Below the pieces are notes generated by a model, which saw only the letters and a program-made list of their open reading frames with translations, had not been told where the DNA came from and searched no databases. 64,000 nt of DNA, taken from contig NIVC01001425.1 of NCBI GenBank assembly GCA_002269645.1, positions 227,478 to 291,477 on the forward strand. Direction: 5' to 3'. The position numbers and the translations under genes are program-made. Of this stretch, positions 49,383-62,365 are shown one piece after another; the first letter of the stretch is position 1; every line of letters begins with the position of its first letter. Origin of the DNA: Macrostomum lignano. Taxonomy: Eukaryota.

Positions 49383-51562
49383 GTCGAACGCACTCGAGCA
49401 TAATAGGAGCTAGCAGCATTTCTTTTATCTTGACGCAAAATTGTTAATTGAGTATAGTTTCTAACAAAACCCTCGCCGTGGAAACTTTGCAATAAAAACA
49501 ACGCGCTCCCTAAGCCAACTCAGCAAAATTTGGTATTCCAGCAGCGTCAGAACTTTGCTCATTGGCATTCTCAGACTGACCCCTTGTTCGTCCGTCAAAG
49601 TGTATTTTAACAACAGCCAGTGCCGCAGCCGAGTGTGCAGGGATAGACTAGCCTGGGTAGCCTGAGACTGGCCCCAGCTTCCGAGTGATTAGCACCGCCA
49701 GAGCTCTTGCCAAATAATTGGAGCCTCAGCCAGGGGACGCACGCCTCCCTCTGTTCAGCAGCAAAGTCTACTATGATTACGTTAATCGCATTGGCAGCTC
49801 GAATTTGATTAGCTTGTTGTTTTCAGGGGATGGCAGGAATTAGGCCAGGCAGGGGGAGCAGACTCTTAAAACTGTATATAAGACCTGCCAATCTGGTAGA
49901 GTTTTTACACGCCTGGTGCTGCCTGTGCAAAACTCATTTCTCTCACTCTCCTCTCTTGCTAGCTGAGGAATTAACTTTGAAAGGCCCCCCTCTCGTCTGG
50001 CGGCAGTGTCTTTTTTTCACTCGTTTTGAGCAGTTTTACTCAGAATCCTGCGCTGCTGGACAGTTGAATACCGTAATTGGATGAAGTTTGGATGGCACTG
50101 CTCCACCCCCCCCCCTATTACATCGTCCACGAGTTAAATAGTGGACACTGGATGAGCAGTGCTCAGATGCGAAACTGCTAAACATATCTTATCCACTGTC
50201 CCCAAGTTGGTTAGTCTGAGGCGGTACTGGAAACTGTACAAGCTCTCCGCTCTCACTCTTAATGAAGATGCTCTTGTAGTTGGCAAGCTGGAGGACCAAG
50301 GCGAGCTCAAGCAAGTTCTGATGAAGCACGGGAGGGCGCGTGCAGCTGAGAGTCTGAGAGCCAATTTCCAGAAAAGCATCTAGTCAGCATCAGCGGCTCC
50401 GACTGTGCAGTTCACAGATACAAATCCAGTGCGCACTCAATGTTGCGTCGAACTTCTGTGTGCTTATTATTATTTTTTGACAACATCTCTTGCCAAATGA
50501 ATCTTAGAAACAGAAGAAGCAACAGTAGTTATGTAATGTGTAATATAGTAATAATATGCTCAATATATATGCAAGCAAGCAGCATAAAGTGTCACAATAG
50601 CGCTTCGAAATCTTGGGTTTAGATCGAGCTCACAAAGTGTGCAACGGAAACTCATAAATCAGGGCACACACACAGGTTTATGCTGTGTACATTTAATTAT
50701 TCATAATTGCAGTCTTTCAATTTTTTGGGGGTAGCTTTTTTAAAATATGAGAGTGGAAACATGAAGACAGGCAAAATGTCCTCAGAGTCATCTGACCGCC
50801 AACTCTGCTTGCAAGTGCGGAGCGGTTAACCCCGGTGTTAACGAGGGGTGGATGAATCATATTACAGCAGATCAGTCTGAAATTACACAGAGTGCTGTAA
50901 TTTAACAGGTAATACTGAGAGTGCGGCCTCTTAACAACAATTCATGTGGATCATACTTTTTTAAAGAAATCTAATTCTGACGAAGATGTGAATTATGACA
51001 AATTAAAAATTACTGCGCAAACTGTCAAGGTCGGTGAGCGCCGACTGGACACGATGCGGGCACAAAAACATGTTCGATGTCTAACAAAGCTTTGATAGGC
51101 ATTGGAAACTCACTCAAAATAGGGATAAAAAATCTTGGGGAAAAACAAAGAGCGGTTTTGGGACTAAGGTGGGCAATAGGGATTTAGCAAGCCCACGGAA
51201 CACTCAGATAAGTTATTGGTGCCTCAAGGAGTGTTCGTGCGTGAACCAGCTAATAGAGAACAAAAATTATTAAATCATATATTCTGCATGAACTGATTTT
51301 AGATTGCAACATCGTTAGCTAATATCAATGTAGGTATACTTTCAATAGATTAAATAAGCATTTGCCTGTACAAATGAGAAACCACAGTTCTAAAAATTTC
51401 ACAATCAACAAGATACAATTCACCCACCGTGTGTCTCGGCCCTGTGAGCTGTACTGAACAGATTCACTGCGGAAACTGGCTTTTTGAGTCCATAGCATGG
51501 GTGTACACGAATCTTAACAAGAAGACATTGGAGAGGGAGACACATCATGATATTTTCCTTTG

Positions 51563-51948
51563 GGATAACCCTCCTGATTCGGGATATCCGCCTCCTGATT
51601 CGGGACAACCTTCCTGATTCGGGACAACCCTCCTGATTCAGGACAACCCTCCTGATTCAGGACAACCCTCCTGATTCGGGACAACCCTCCTGATTCAGGA
51701 CAACCCTCCTGATTCAGGACAACCTTCCTGATTCGGGACAACCCTCCTGATTCAGGACAACCCTCCTGATTCAGGACAACCCTCCTGATTCGGGACAACC
51801 CTCCTGATTCGGGACAACCCTCCTGATTCGGGACAACCCTCCTGACTCAGGACAACCCTCCTGATTCAGGACAACCCCCTGACTCGGGACAACCCTCCTG
51901 ATTCGGGACAACCCCCCTGACTCGGGACAACCCCCCTGACTCGGGACA
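51563..51948. repeat. 19-bp minisatellite (CCCTCCTGATTCGGGACAA / ...TCAGGACAA) just 3' of the ONECUT stop
   Basis: Tandem units seen directly. Confidence 0.95.
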
Positions 51949-52024
51949 AGTTTCTAAGCTCTCCAGACGCCCGCAGCCCCCACTCCCTCTCTCCAAAATC
52001 TGTTCAAAGCGTCGAGTTCGAGTT

Positions 52025-52833
52025 TCACGCCGAACTGCCAACCAGCGGCGACGAGGCGGCGGACGAGTTGAGGTTGAGCGGCAGAGCGATGGGCAGCGGC
52101 GACGGCAGGTTAGCCGAGGACAGGGCGGGTCCGCCGGGGCCCGCTGGCAGCATGTGGTGACCTGGATGCTGCTGATGCTGCTGATGTTGATGCTGGTGAT
52201 GATGCTGGTGCTGGTGATGATGCTGCTGCTGCTGATGGTGATGCTGGTGATGCTGGTGATGATGATGCTGATGCGGATGCCCTTGATGCTGCGCCGGCGC
52301 GATGCCGGCAGCCACAGCGGCGGCCGCGGCGGCAGCGGCAGCAACAGCCGGGTCGTCGCTCTCCAGACAGGAGGCCTCGGAGCGCTGATCGTCGAACAAC
52401 AACGAGTCTGTGCTGCCCGTCCGGCCGTCCTTGTCCTCTTGCCACTTGTCCAGCGATCGGCGGCGGGCGTTCATGAAGAAATTTGCCACGGTGGACACCT
52501 CGAGGCCGAGCTGCTGCGCGATTGTCGCCTGCATCTCCTTGCTCGGCCGCTTCGTCTCCTTGAAGATGGCGTGCAAAGTCCGCCGCTGGATGTCGGTGAA
52601 CACCAGCCGTGGCTTCTTGGGCGGCTTCGAGTCGCCGCCGCCGCTGCCGCCGGAGGACTTGCCGCCGCCTCCGCCGCCGCCGCCGCCGCCGCCGCCGCCA
52701 ACGTGGTGTCCAACGCCACCGCCGATTCCGCCGTGGTGGCCGCCTCCGATGCCAACCATGCCGCAGGCTCCGGCGGCGGCCGCGGCGGCTGCAGCGGCTG
52801 CGGCCACGGCGTCCTCTTCTTTGCGCTTGCAGG
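52025..52833 (-). CDS. ONECUT: ONECUT/HNF6 exon 2: linker, homeodomain and H/Q-rich tail
   Basis: ACKRKEE...PPKKPRLVFTDIQRRTLHAIFKETKRPSKEMQATIAQQLGLEVSTVANFFMNARRRSLDKW shows the ONECUT-specific F48/M50 homeodomain. Acceptor tgttgcAG at 52835-34 gives the canonical RLAACKRKE; TGA at 52027-25. Confidence 0.95.
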
Positions 52834-52934
52834 CTGCAACAGCGGAGACGCCTGCGCGGTGAAGCAAATATTGTTTTGGGAACTCTGCTTTTGAGAGACT
52901 GCGGCGACATTGAGGAGCTTGGAATTAGTTCTGA

Positions 52935-53552
52935 GATTAGCGCTCACAGATTAGCGCCCCGCTAGTTTAGCACCCCCAGATTAGAGCCCCCAGATTAAGA
53001 GCCCTCAGATTAGAGCCCCCACCGAAATTAGTGCCCCCCCCCAGATTAGCGCCCCACAGATTAGCGCCCCTAGATTAGCGCCCCCGATTAGAACCCCCAG
53101 ATTAGCGCCCCCAGATGAGCGCCCTCAAATTAGCGCCCCCAGATTAAGAGTCCCTCAGATTAGCGCCCCCAAATTACAGCCTCCCAGATTAGCGCCCCCC
53201 AAATTACAGCCTCCCAGATTAGCGCCCCCCAAATTACAGCCTCCCAGATTAGCGCCCCCAGATTAGAGCCCCCAGATTAGCGCCCCCCAGATTAGAGCCC
53301 CCAGATTAGCGCCCCCAGATTAGCGCCTCCCATATTAGCGCCCCCCAGATTAGTGGCCCCAGATTAGCACCCCCTCAGATTAATAGTCCCTCAGCTTAGC
53401 ACCCCCAGGATAAGAGTCCCTCAGCTTAGCGCCCCCAGATTAAGAGTCCCTCAGATTAGCACCCCCCAGATTAAGAGTCCCTCAGCTTAGCACCCCCCAG
53501 ATTAAGAGTCTCTCAGCTTAGCACCCCCAGATTAAGAGTCCCTCAGATTAGC
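52935..53552. repeat. 13-15-bp C-rich minisatellite (CCCCCAGATTAGCG and variants) in the ONECUT intron
   Basis: Tandem units seen directly. Confidence 0.9.
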
Positions 53553-55489
53553 GCTTCCAGAAGCAGCCGAGGTGCAGGTAAAATTAGTCTAAAACACCTG
53601 GCTACTACAACTGAACCCGTGAACATCAGCGCCCCATTGAGCAGCGTGAGAAACACTGACAGCTCAGTACAGTCCAAATGACGATTTCGCATCGTGTCGG
53701 TGATTTCCTGTAAAGAAAAAAGAGTCGAAAGAGAAAATTGCACCTGGATCGGCACCGGCAGCCAGTCGAGTGGAATCTCGGGAGATTTCAGCCAAACCGT
53801 GTCGCCATCACGCGTGAAACAGAGAAACAGCAATAATTGAAAGAAGGGGACAGACGCCACCAGCAATGGAGATTTGAAGAAGCTTGGGAACTGGGAGTCT
53901 GCGCATCCCTAATGCATAGAAGTGGGAATAAAGAGGAGAGAGAGGGAGAGAGAGAGGGGGTATTTTGGACTCACTTGGTCGAGCAGGGCCGATCCAGCCT
54001 CCGCCCCTTATGCTACATCATCAACTTGGCTGGCTGCCTCTGGCCGCCAATCTCTGCTGCAGAGATAGAGAGTTGGGAAGCTGAGCAGTTGTGAAGAGGC
54101 TCCTTGAACAAGGGGCTGTGTGGGGAGGAGGGGAGAAGGATTTGGGGTAGCCGGCCGTGTAAGGCCAGTGTCGCCCGGAGCTGGGCCCGCTAGCTATACC
54201 TATAGTGTTCGGGCTTGCTGCTAAGTTATAACTAAGGCTAGCAGAATCGCAGTATCTCACTCGCGGGTCCTGCCTTGCGACAGAAAATTTCCTGTACTGA
54301 ATGTCAGTCGAAGACAACAATTCAGATGGGACTTCGGTGCCGCAAAATTGGTTCGGGGGAACCACAAGTGAGGGGGGATCGTTCGTGTCTCGCTGGGCTT
54401 GTCCGGGGATTTGTCCCGCCGGCCGGGTTTTCAACACAAGGGGATTAGCTAAGCCACACGGCAAGCCCTCATCGGCAGCTGGAGGGGGCGGAAGGTAAAA
54501 AAACCTCTTCGGGATAATTTCTTAGTAGTTTTTTCTCCCAACCTACTTTGCCTACTTCTCAGCTTTTTTCCCATCTCTCTCTCCCCGGTCTCAGTTTGCT
54601 CCACCTGAATTGAGTCAGCTTGCTTCTTTGGCGGATGAAGACAAACTTTTGTGCTGTTTAAGCAGGAGGCTCGATTTATTTTGCCATGCAGCTCTGCAGA
54701 GCCATGGGGAGTTGTGGGAAGTGCGTGGGGATAAATTATTGACAGGGCTGGGCTGGGCCTATGCACCAAATCCCAACTAGCAAGGCAAAGGGGCTTCGCC
54801 AGCTTGAATGTGCTAAAATACAGGCCAGGTGCTCCTCCCCTCAGCTTGGCAGCTCCCAACAGTCTCCCAACCTGTTTCAATTTAATCCTTTCGGTTATTT
54901 TTTACAGCTTTCTATATCTAAATTGTTGTTGACAACAAAAAATTTGTCAGTTACTGCAACCAGTTCTTGTTGGACACTGCAGTGTCTCAAGTAGGCTTTC
55001 ATTTGTCAATAATTGTCTGTCAAGTGCCCTGCCCCTTCAGTAGCATCCAGTTCCGGGCAAAAAGATGGCAGAAGAGGCCAGAAAGCACTGGAAATTAGGC
55101 CTTTCTGAATGTCTGGGCAGCCTGATGGTGGACCCACTTCCTTAGCGACCGCTAAGTCAAGGCAAACCCAGCCCCCTAGGGCAGAAATTTTCAATCTTTG
55201 AGAAGCAGAAAATGACAGACGGCTGCTAAATGGTTGCAATTTAAATCAGTCGTGCTGAAGCTGCAGTTTGGAGTTGGAGTTGGGCGGGTCTGCTGAAAGC
55301 AATCAAGCAGCCGCTTGTTTCCGAAAGCTATAATCAGGCAGAGAATGGGGAGAGAAACTCTCTCTTGAGTTTTTCCTTTAACATCTTCTGCAACTAACGG
55401 ACCGTGAGTTCAGGATTTCACTAGCACAGCGTTCGACTTGCCCTCCATTTTCTATTTGTAAATTAGCATTTTTTAATTCTTGCTTTTCA

Positions 55490-56005
55490 GATGTGTCAGA
55501 TGCTTCAGAGCAGTGCTGACAGTTTTATAATGTGTGTCAGATGCCTCAAAGCTCTACTGACAGTTTTATAATGTGTGTCAGATGCCTCAAAGCTCTACTG
55601 ACAGTTTTATAATCTGTGTCAGACACCTCAAAGCCATACTGACAGTTTTATAATCTGTGTCAGATGCCTCAAAGCTCTACTGACAGTTTTATAATGTGTG
55701 TCAGACACCTCAAAGCCATACTGACAGTTTTATAATCTGTGTCAGATGCCTCAAAGCCGTACTGACAGTTTTATAATGTGTGTCAGATGCCTCAAAGCTC
55801 TACTGACAGTTTTATAATGTGTGTCAGATGCCTCAAAGCCGTACTGACAGTTTTATAATGTGTGTCAAATGCCTCAAAGCCCTACTGACAGTTTTATAAT
55901 GTGTGTCAGATGTCTCAAAGCCCTACTGACAGTTTTATAATCTGTGTCAGATACCTCAAAGCCGTACTGACAGTTTTATAATTTGTGTCAGATGCCTCAA
56001 AGCCC
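55490..56005. repeat. 41-bp minisatellite (GATGCCTCAAAGCTCTACTGACAGTTTTATAATGTGTGTCA) in the ONECUT intron
   Basis: About 12 tandem units. Confidence 0.95.
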
Positions 56006-57574
56006 TGAGCTCTCCCTACCCCTGTCTCAGCCTGCATGGAAGCGGCAGTTTGGTTTCACCTGTGACCTTCGTGGATTCTGTCACAGCAGTTTGACACAGC
56101 ACTGTCGCACACGCCATTATTTTCGCCAAAACCGCCCAACTTATTTAATCAGCCTGCAGTTCAAAAGTCCTCTCCACTGGGAAGTTGTTGCGCCGGGCTC
56201 ATGCGGTAAACCCCTTGTTCTCTCCCGAGTCCTCCCTTTCCTCACCCCCCCCCCGAAACACGGTGCAGTTCTGAGCTCCAACAAAGTTATGTCCACCAAT
56301 TTCAACTCCCAACTTCAGCGGTCCTTATTTTACTAAACAGAGCTTAGAGACCATATAAAATGCTTGGTTAGTTAGAATTGAAATTCAACTGTTGCAGTCG
56401 CGATATGTAATATGAGCATATACTGGCTCAGCACTGCAGTGAGAGGAGTGAGCAGAGAGAGCGGCCGGAGTCGGGCCAGAAACACAGAAGGCACAGGCCG
56501 AAGCGCACTACCAACTCACGCAGTCAGTTCGAACCACATAAGCCATAAGCCCGTGTTTTCCAACCCTAGGCTGAACTGCCGCACTGCAGGGGGGGGGGGG
56601 GGTTGGATTCCTTTTTTTGTTTTCTAGGCTTCCTCTGCTGCTCTTGGCCTCCAGTTGCTGGTTGAAATTATGCTGAGCAGGAGGAGTGGGAGAGAAGAGA
56701 AGAGAGGAGAAGACAGAAGAGAGAGGAGAGGAGAGAAGGCAAGAAGGCAGGTGTTAAGCGGGGGGAGGCAAATTCTGCGGTAATGCGGGGGGTTCGTTTG
56801 TGCGCAAATGACGTTTGAATTTGACTTAAAATTCGACTCGATATAATTTTGCCTCTCAACATACTGGGGGATTGTTAGTTACACTGAGCTATAATCCCCT
56901 CAGCTGTAGCTGCCTGTGTAGTTAGATTGAGTAATTATTGAATTCGTACAATATTAAAATATTAAAAATCGACAGGAAGCTAAACAGACGAGGCCCGACT
57001 GAATGCGGACTTCCCACAACCAAAGCGAACAAGAGATCAAGTTTGAATTAACTGTTTCGTTTCACTGCCATCCCTGCTAACTCACTAAAATCGTCCCACG
57101 AGGATTAAGGGAGAAAAGAGAGAGTAAGGAGGAGAGCAAAGGGTGAAAGTAAGGGATGACTTAGGGGAGGCTGGGAGGTCTTCATCTTTGGTCGGGAGTC
57201 CTTCACGCTGCAGTCAGGCGTGACAGTTTGGTAGGAGAAGGGACAGGGGAGGCTGAGCTGCCCCATCAGCCTCATATCAGCTGGCTGACTGTCGCTCCCC
57301 AGGGGGGCGAGGAGGCTGCCGGTGTTATCTTGAAGCAGAAAAAAGGGGAAGTTAAGACTCGGGACAGACTGAAGGAGTTCGGAGCTGATAAAAATATTTC
57401 TGAATGACAGTTGTCAGATCGGCTAGCTCATTTTCTCCTCAAATATAATATCGGCTCTGGTTCCGCAAATCGACTGCGGGCCGCACTGCCTCTGCTAATA
57501 TTGAGTCTGACGATACTGTGGCTTAATGTCATTTGCAGGAGTGTGTAGCTGTAGGGATCCAGAGGGAGAGTTCG

Positions 57575-58108
57575 GGGGGAGAGAGTCCAGTGGGAGAGAG
57601 TCCAGTGGGAGAGAGTCCAGTGAGAGAGAGTCCAGTGGGAGAGAGTCCGGTGGGAGAGAGTCCGGTGGGAGAGAGTCCAGACTGAGAGAGTCCGTTGGGA
57701 GACAGTCCTGAGGGAGAGAGTCCAGTGGGAGAGAGTCCAGTGGGAGAGAGTCCAGTGGGAGAGAGTCCAGTGGGAGACAGTCCAGTGGGAGACAGTCCAG
57801 TGGGAGACAGTCCAGTGGGAGAGAGTCCAGACTGAGAGAGTCCGGTGGGAGAGAGTCCAGAGAAAGAGAGTCCAGTGAGAGAGAGTCCAGTGAGAGAGAG
57901 TCCAGTGAGAGAGAGTCCAGTGGGAGAGAGTCCGATGGGAGAGAGTCCTGAGGGAGAGAGTCCAGTGGGAGACAGTCCTGAGGGAGAGAGTCCAGTGGGA
58001 GAGAGTCCAGTGGGAGAGAGTCCAGTGGGAGAGAGTCCAGTGGGAGAGAGTCCAGTGGGAGAGAGTCCAGTGGGAGACAGTCCTGAGGGAGAGAGTCCGG
58101 TGGGAGAT
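57575..58108. repeat. 15-bp minisatellite (CCAGTGGGAGAGAGT) in the ONECUT intron
   Basis: Tandem units; gives spurious GLSPT/GESPV ORFs. Confidence 0.95.
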
Positions 58109-60014
58109 GGCAATAGATATGAAATATTATTCATAAAACGCAGTCCAAGAGAAGAGTGACCAGAGAAGAGGCAGCAGTTTAACACCCAAGCGGTGCACTC
58201 AATATATGAATAATCGGTCATGTAACGCTCCTGCAGGCTCAGAGTCTTCATCATATGCATTAGGCTCATCCCGCCTCAGCCCCTGTCCATCGCCTCTGTA
58301 CCCCCGCAACGGCAAATATTGTCAGCCCACTTCAAGTGGGTTATCGACTAGCGTCTTCCGCGCCTCTCTATCCTCATCCTATGAGGCTGGGCTCCGGGCT
58401 CCGTCACTGTGGTTGGTATGAAGACAAGAGACTGCTGGCGGAATACACGAATGATTAAAAAAGACTGCAGCTGGAGGGGAGAGAACAGCTTTAGCCTCTA
58501 AATGGAGGTGCAGATGGATGTAAACCACTCGGCCGGAAGGCTTTTGCCCGGAGTATAGCAGTGGCGAGTGGAGCGCGGGGTGGCTCGATGCTTGCAATTT
58601 CTCTGCCTTTTAAGACCTCGCCTTAGGGCGATCGAGTCTCTGTGTAAAGTCGCATGAAAAATTAGAATGGTGATACTCCGCTTAATTCCCAAATGAAGGA
58701 ACTAATTTGCTCAGTCTTGGATGCTCACACAGGGGTGTACAGCGGCCCCTATGACCGTGAAATCTAAACATGAGGCTGCGTTAGTGTCTTGAAAATGCCA
58801 GAACTGCAATGACAACAATTACAGAGAGCTCATACCACTGGGCGGGATGAGTAAGACAAGGAAATGGGAAGTGGAGCCAGGTGAGAAAGAAAGTGAAGGG
58901 AGCTATAGCCTCCAGTTTCTTTTCTGAAGCAGAAAGACACTGCCTGCGCGCGGCTTTGCAGAGGTCAGACTTTGTGTTGTAAAAGAGGAACAGTCAGTCA
59001 GGCAGGCAGACCCCTGCAGCTGAATGCAGAAGCCAATAGTATAGATGAAGGAAGTTTAAAGCCTACACAAGACAAAGTTCTGGAATGCCTCAGGTGTTGG
59101 AGCAGCTTCCTCTATAGGGAACATGTGTAAGAATCAAAGGACAGTTTAAAACTTGAGCTGGCAAAGTCTTTGGCTGAATTGCATCTTCTTTTGTACATTT
59201 CGGAGATTTTATGCTGCAAAGATTCTGGACTCGTACTTAAGCATCTGAGACAGACTCTGTCCACTCAACGTACAGAATAAATTTATATATACGCATACAC
59301 ATTAAAACCTTCGGCAAGGCGTTGACACAAGTGTTGAACAAATAGTTTGAACTGAAAACTGTGGCGGACCCAGTGCGCGTGTAGAGCGCGTGTTGGCGTG
59401 AGTGGAGAGCAGAAATATAACACCTTCTATTAAATAAAGCCCTCCCCCCCTCTTCCATCATCAGCTGTTTGCCAAACTGCTCCTAACGGCCCAAAACCCA
59501 AACCCCTTCGGTCCCTGCTTGAGTCTCCACCTCCACCTCGGCTCCAGTCGCATCCCACTTAATATGAAGGCCGTCAAGACTTCTCTCTGTCCTCTCCCTC
59601 TCTCTCTTCCCCTTTCCTTTCTTAGCTAGCAAAGGCAAGCCGACCGGACTCCTCAAGCAAATCTGCCACAAGCAAGCAAGCATTTACCCCGCAGTGTGCA
59701 AGACGCTCATCCCCCATGCTCCTTAGCCCCAGCTACCCCTTGCTACCCACCCCTCCGCCCCCAGCAAAGCCATCATTGTCTTCACTTGCGTTCCGCGTTC
59801 ATCTTTACCTGCCTCTGCAGCTCCAGTTTTGTGTTCTTTCAAAAGGAGACTGGGGGGGAGAGGACGGAAGAGCAAATGATGCAAGATTGATGTGTGCAGG
59901 TGGGAGCGGGCCGGGGTTCAGCTACAGAAGACAGACAAGGTTTCATCATTGGCAGAAGACAAGCTTCAAAGTCTTTTATAAGTGCGGCGCAAAGCGAAAT
60001 AACTTTTGACTCAC

Positions 60015-60537
60015 CGGCTAGTCTCAACGCTGACATGCGCTGGAACTCGGGCTCCTGCAGCCACTTCCACATCCGCCTGAAGGTCTCCCTGCCAGACTTC
60101 AGCTTGCTCCACGGCTTTGGATTGCGCAAAAGATCCGACAGGGTGCCCTGGCTGCGGCACAGAACTCGCTGGGCGAACACCGCCTGAGGAATGCTGTAGC
60201 GCTTGAGCTCAGCGCTGATCCGGTGCGCCAAGTCCTTCGTGTTGATCTCCTCCATGTCGGCTGTTCCCGACGACACTTGGTGCGAGCCGCGCCGCCGCCG
60301 CCGCCGCTGCCGCCTCCGCCGTTGGAACTTCCGCCGCCGCTGCCTCCACCCCCGCCGCCGCCGCCGCCTCCTCCTCCAGCGGAGGCCGCCCCGAAACTCG
60401 AATAGTGCAGATGCGACTCCGGAATACCGCGGAACTGAGCGTAGCTCGCCGACAGAGCGGCCGGCGGTTTCATATCGGACTTGAGCTCAGACTCTTGGCC
60501 ATAGTAGGCCCCGTTGATCTGTTGCTGCTGTTGTTGC

Positions 60538-60569
<32 letters not shown>

Positions 60570-61016
60570 AAGATGCTGGTAGGATGAAGCATTGGACGCC
60601 ATATACGCGTTCATGTGATTCTGCGCGTGAGACAGTGCCGGCCCCATCGGCCCGGGAATGCTCAAGTATTTGTTGAGCTCGTTTCCAACAGCGGTCGACA
60701 TTCCGCCGGAGAAGGACTTCATCTCCAGGCTGTTGAACGGCTTGATGTCCTGCATGCCGTAGCCACAGCCGCCGCCGTGCTGGTGCAGGAAGCTGTAGCG
60801 CCTCCGCTGCCGCCTCCGCTGGCCCCGTGAGCCACCGTCTGGTTGTTGAACTTGTCCAGCCGTTGCCGCCGCCAGCCGAGCAGGCCGCTGAAGTCATGGC
60901 AGGCGGCAGGCCGGACAGCGGGCCAGCGCTGCGTAGTTGACGCCCATGCCATAGGGCGGACTCAGCCGGCCATTGATCTGGTAAGAGTCCGGCCGGAAAT
61001 CCGATGACTCGAGCAT
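60015..61016 (-). CDS. ONECUT: ONECUT/HNF6 exon 1 (N-terminus and CUT domain), reading frame broken by four 1-nt deletions in this sequence
   Basis: CUT domain EEINTKDLAHRISAELKRYSIPQAVFAQRVLCRSQGTLSDLLRNPKPWSKLKSGRETFRRMWKWLQEPEFQRMSALRLA; donor GTGAGT at 60014. ATG at 61016 is the first Met after an in-frame TAA. Adding 4 nt gives 1006+809=1815 nt = 604 aa + stop. Confidence 0.85.
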
Positions 61017-61183
61017 AGCGACCGGCTGGACGAGGAGTGTCCGATGGGGGATGAGGGGGTTTTCCCGGATCTCTGTGCTTCGATTTTACTGTTTGAAGGG
61101 AGAATTATCCCTCTCTTCCGCGTCTCTCCGGAGCCTCCTGATGCCGCCTATCGGCTTTCCGAACCGAAAAAATCTGGGAACAA

Positions 61184-61651
61184 AAATTGATTTATCCGCT
61201 CAAAGACGGGAAAGCTTCGAACGCTCTGGAGGGAGTTACTCAGTCGATTTGAGCTCGGCGAGTTGGGGCGCCTCGTCCCGACTTTTCTGGTTAGAAATGC
61301 TCGCCACACTTCTGCGCCGCCATTGGCTGCCTGAGTCGGGCATCCGCTGCTCGTCATTGGCTAAGATCCCAAGGGGATGGAAATCCCACCTATGCTGTGC
61401 TCCGCTGCGACTCTCTTCTCCCGCATCCTTCTCGGCCAGTCAGTCCCGGCCGGCCGGGCGGGTGTCCGAGCCCCGCCAGGAGAAAAAAAATCGAATGCCG
61501 TCGATGCAGAGCTTCCAAAATTATTTTCTGCGAGTGGCTCGAGGGGGGCAGGGCGCTGGTGGCTTGTAGGGAGCAGGACGGGACCACCGCTGCTTCCCAG
61601 CCCTGCCCCAGGAATTGGGAAACTTGACCAGTCAATGCCGATCAATATTGG
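61184..61651 (-). promoter_or_regulatory. Putative ONECUT proximal promoter / 5' region with CCAAT boxes
   Basis: ATTGG (CCAAT on minus) at 61322, 61356 and 61647, in GC-rich sequence upstream of the ATG. Confidence 0.35.
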
Positions 61652-61671
61652 CCGCAGAGAAACTTGACGAA

Positions 61672-61677
61672 GAGAAA

Positions 61678-61742
<65 letters not shown>
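61672..61742. repeat. (GA)n microsatellite
   Basis: Seen directly. Confidence 0.95.
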
Positions 61743-61745
<3 letters not shown>

Positions 61746-61829
61746 ACGGGGGAGGCAGACAGGGCAGGAGCAAAGAAATAGTCAATTGCTAATCTGGTAA
61801 TTTCTTCTTCAGAGCTATATAGACGACAG

Positions 61830-62365
<536 letters not shown>

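Noticed and set aside
60289-60922. Programmed ribosomal frameshifting in ONECUT
   Set aside because: No slippery heptamers or downstream structures, and four consecutive shifts would be needed.
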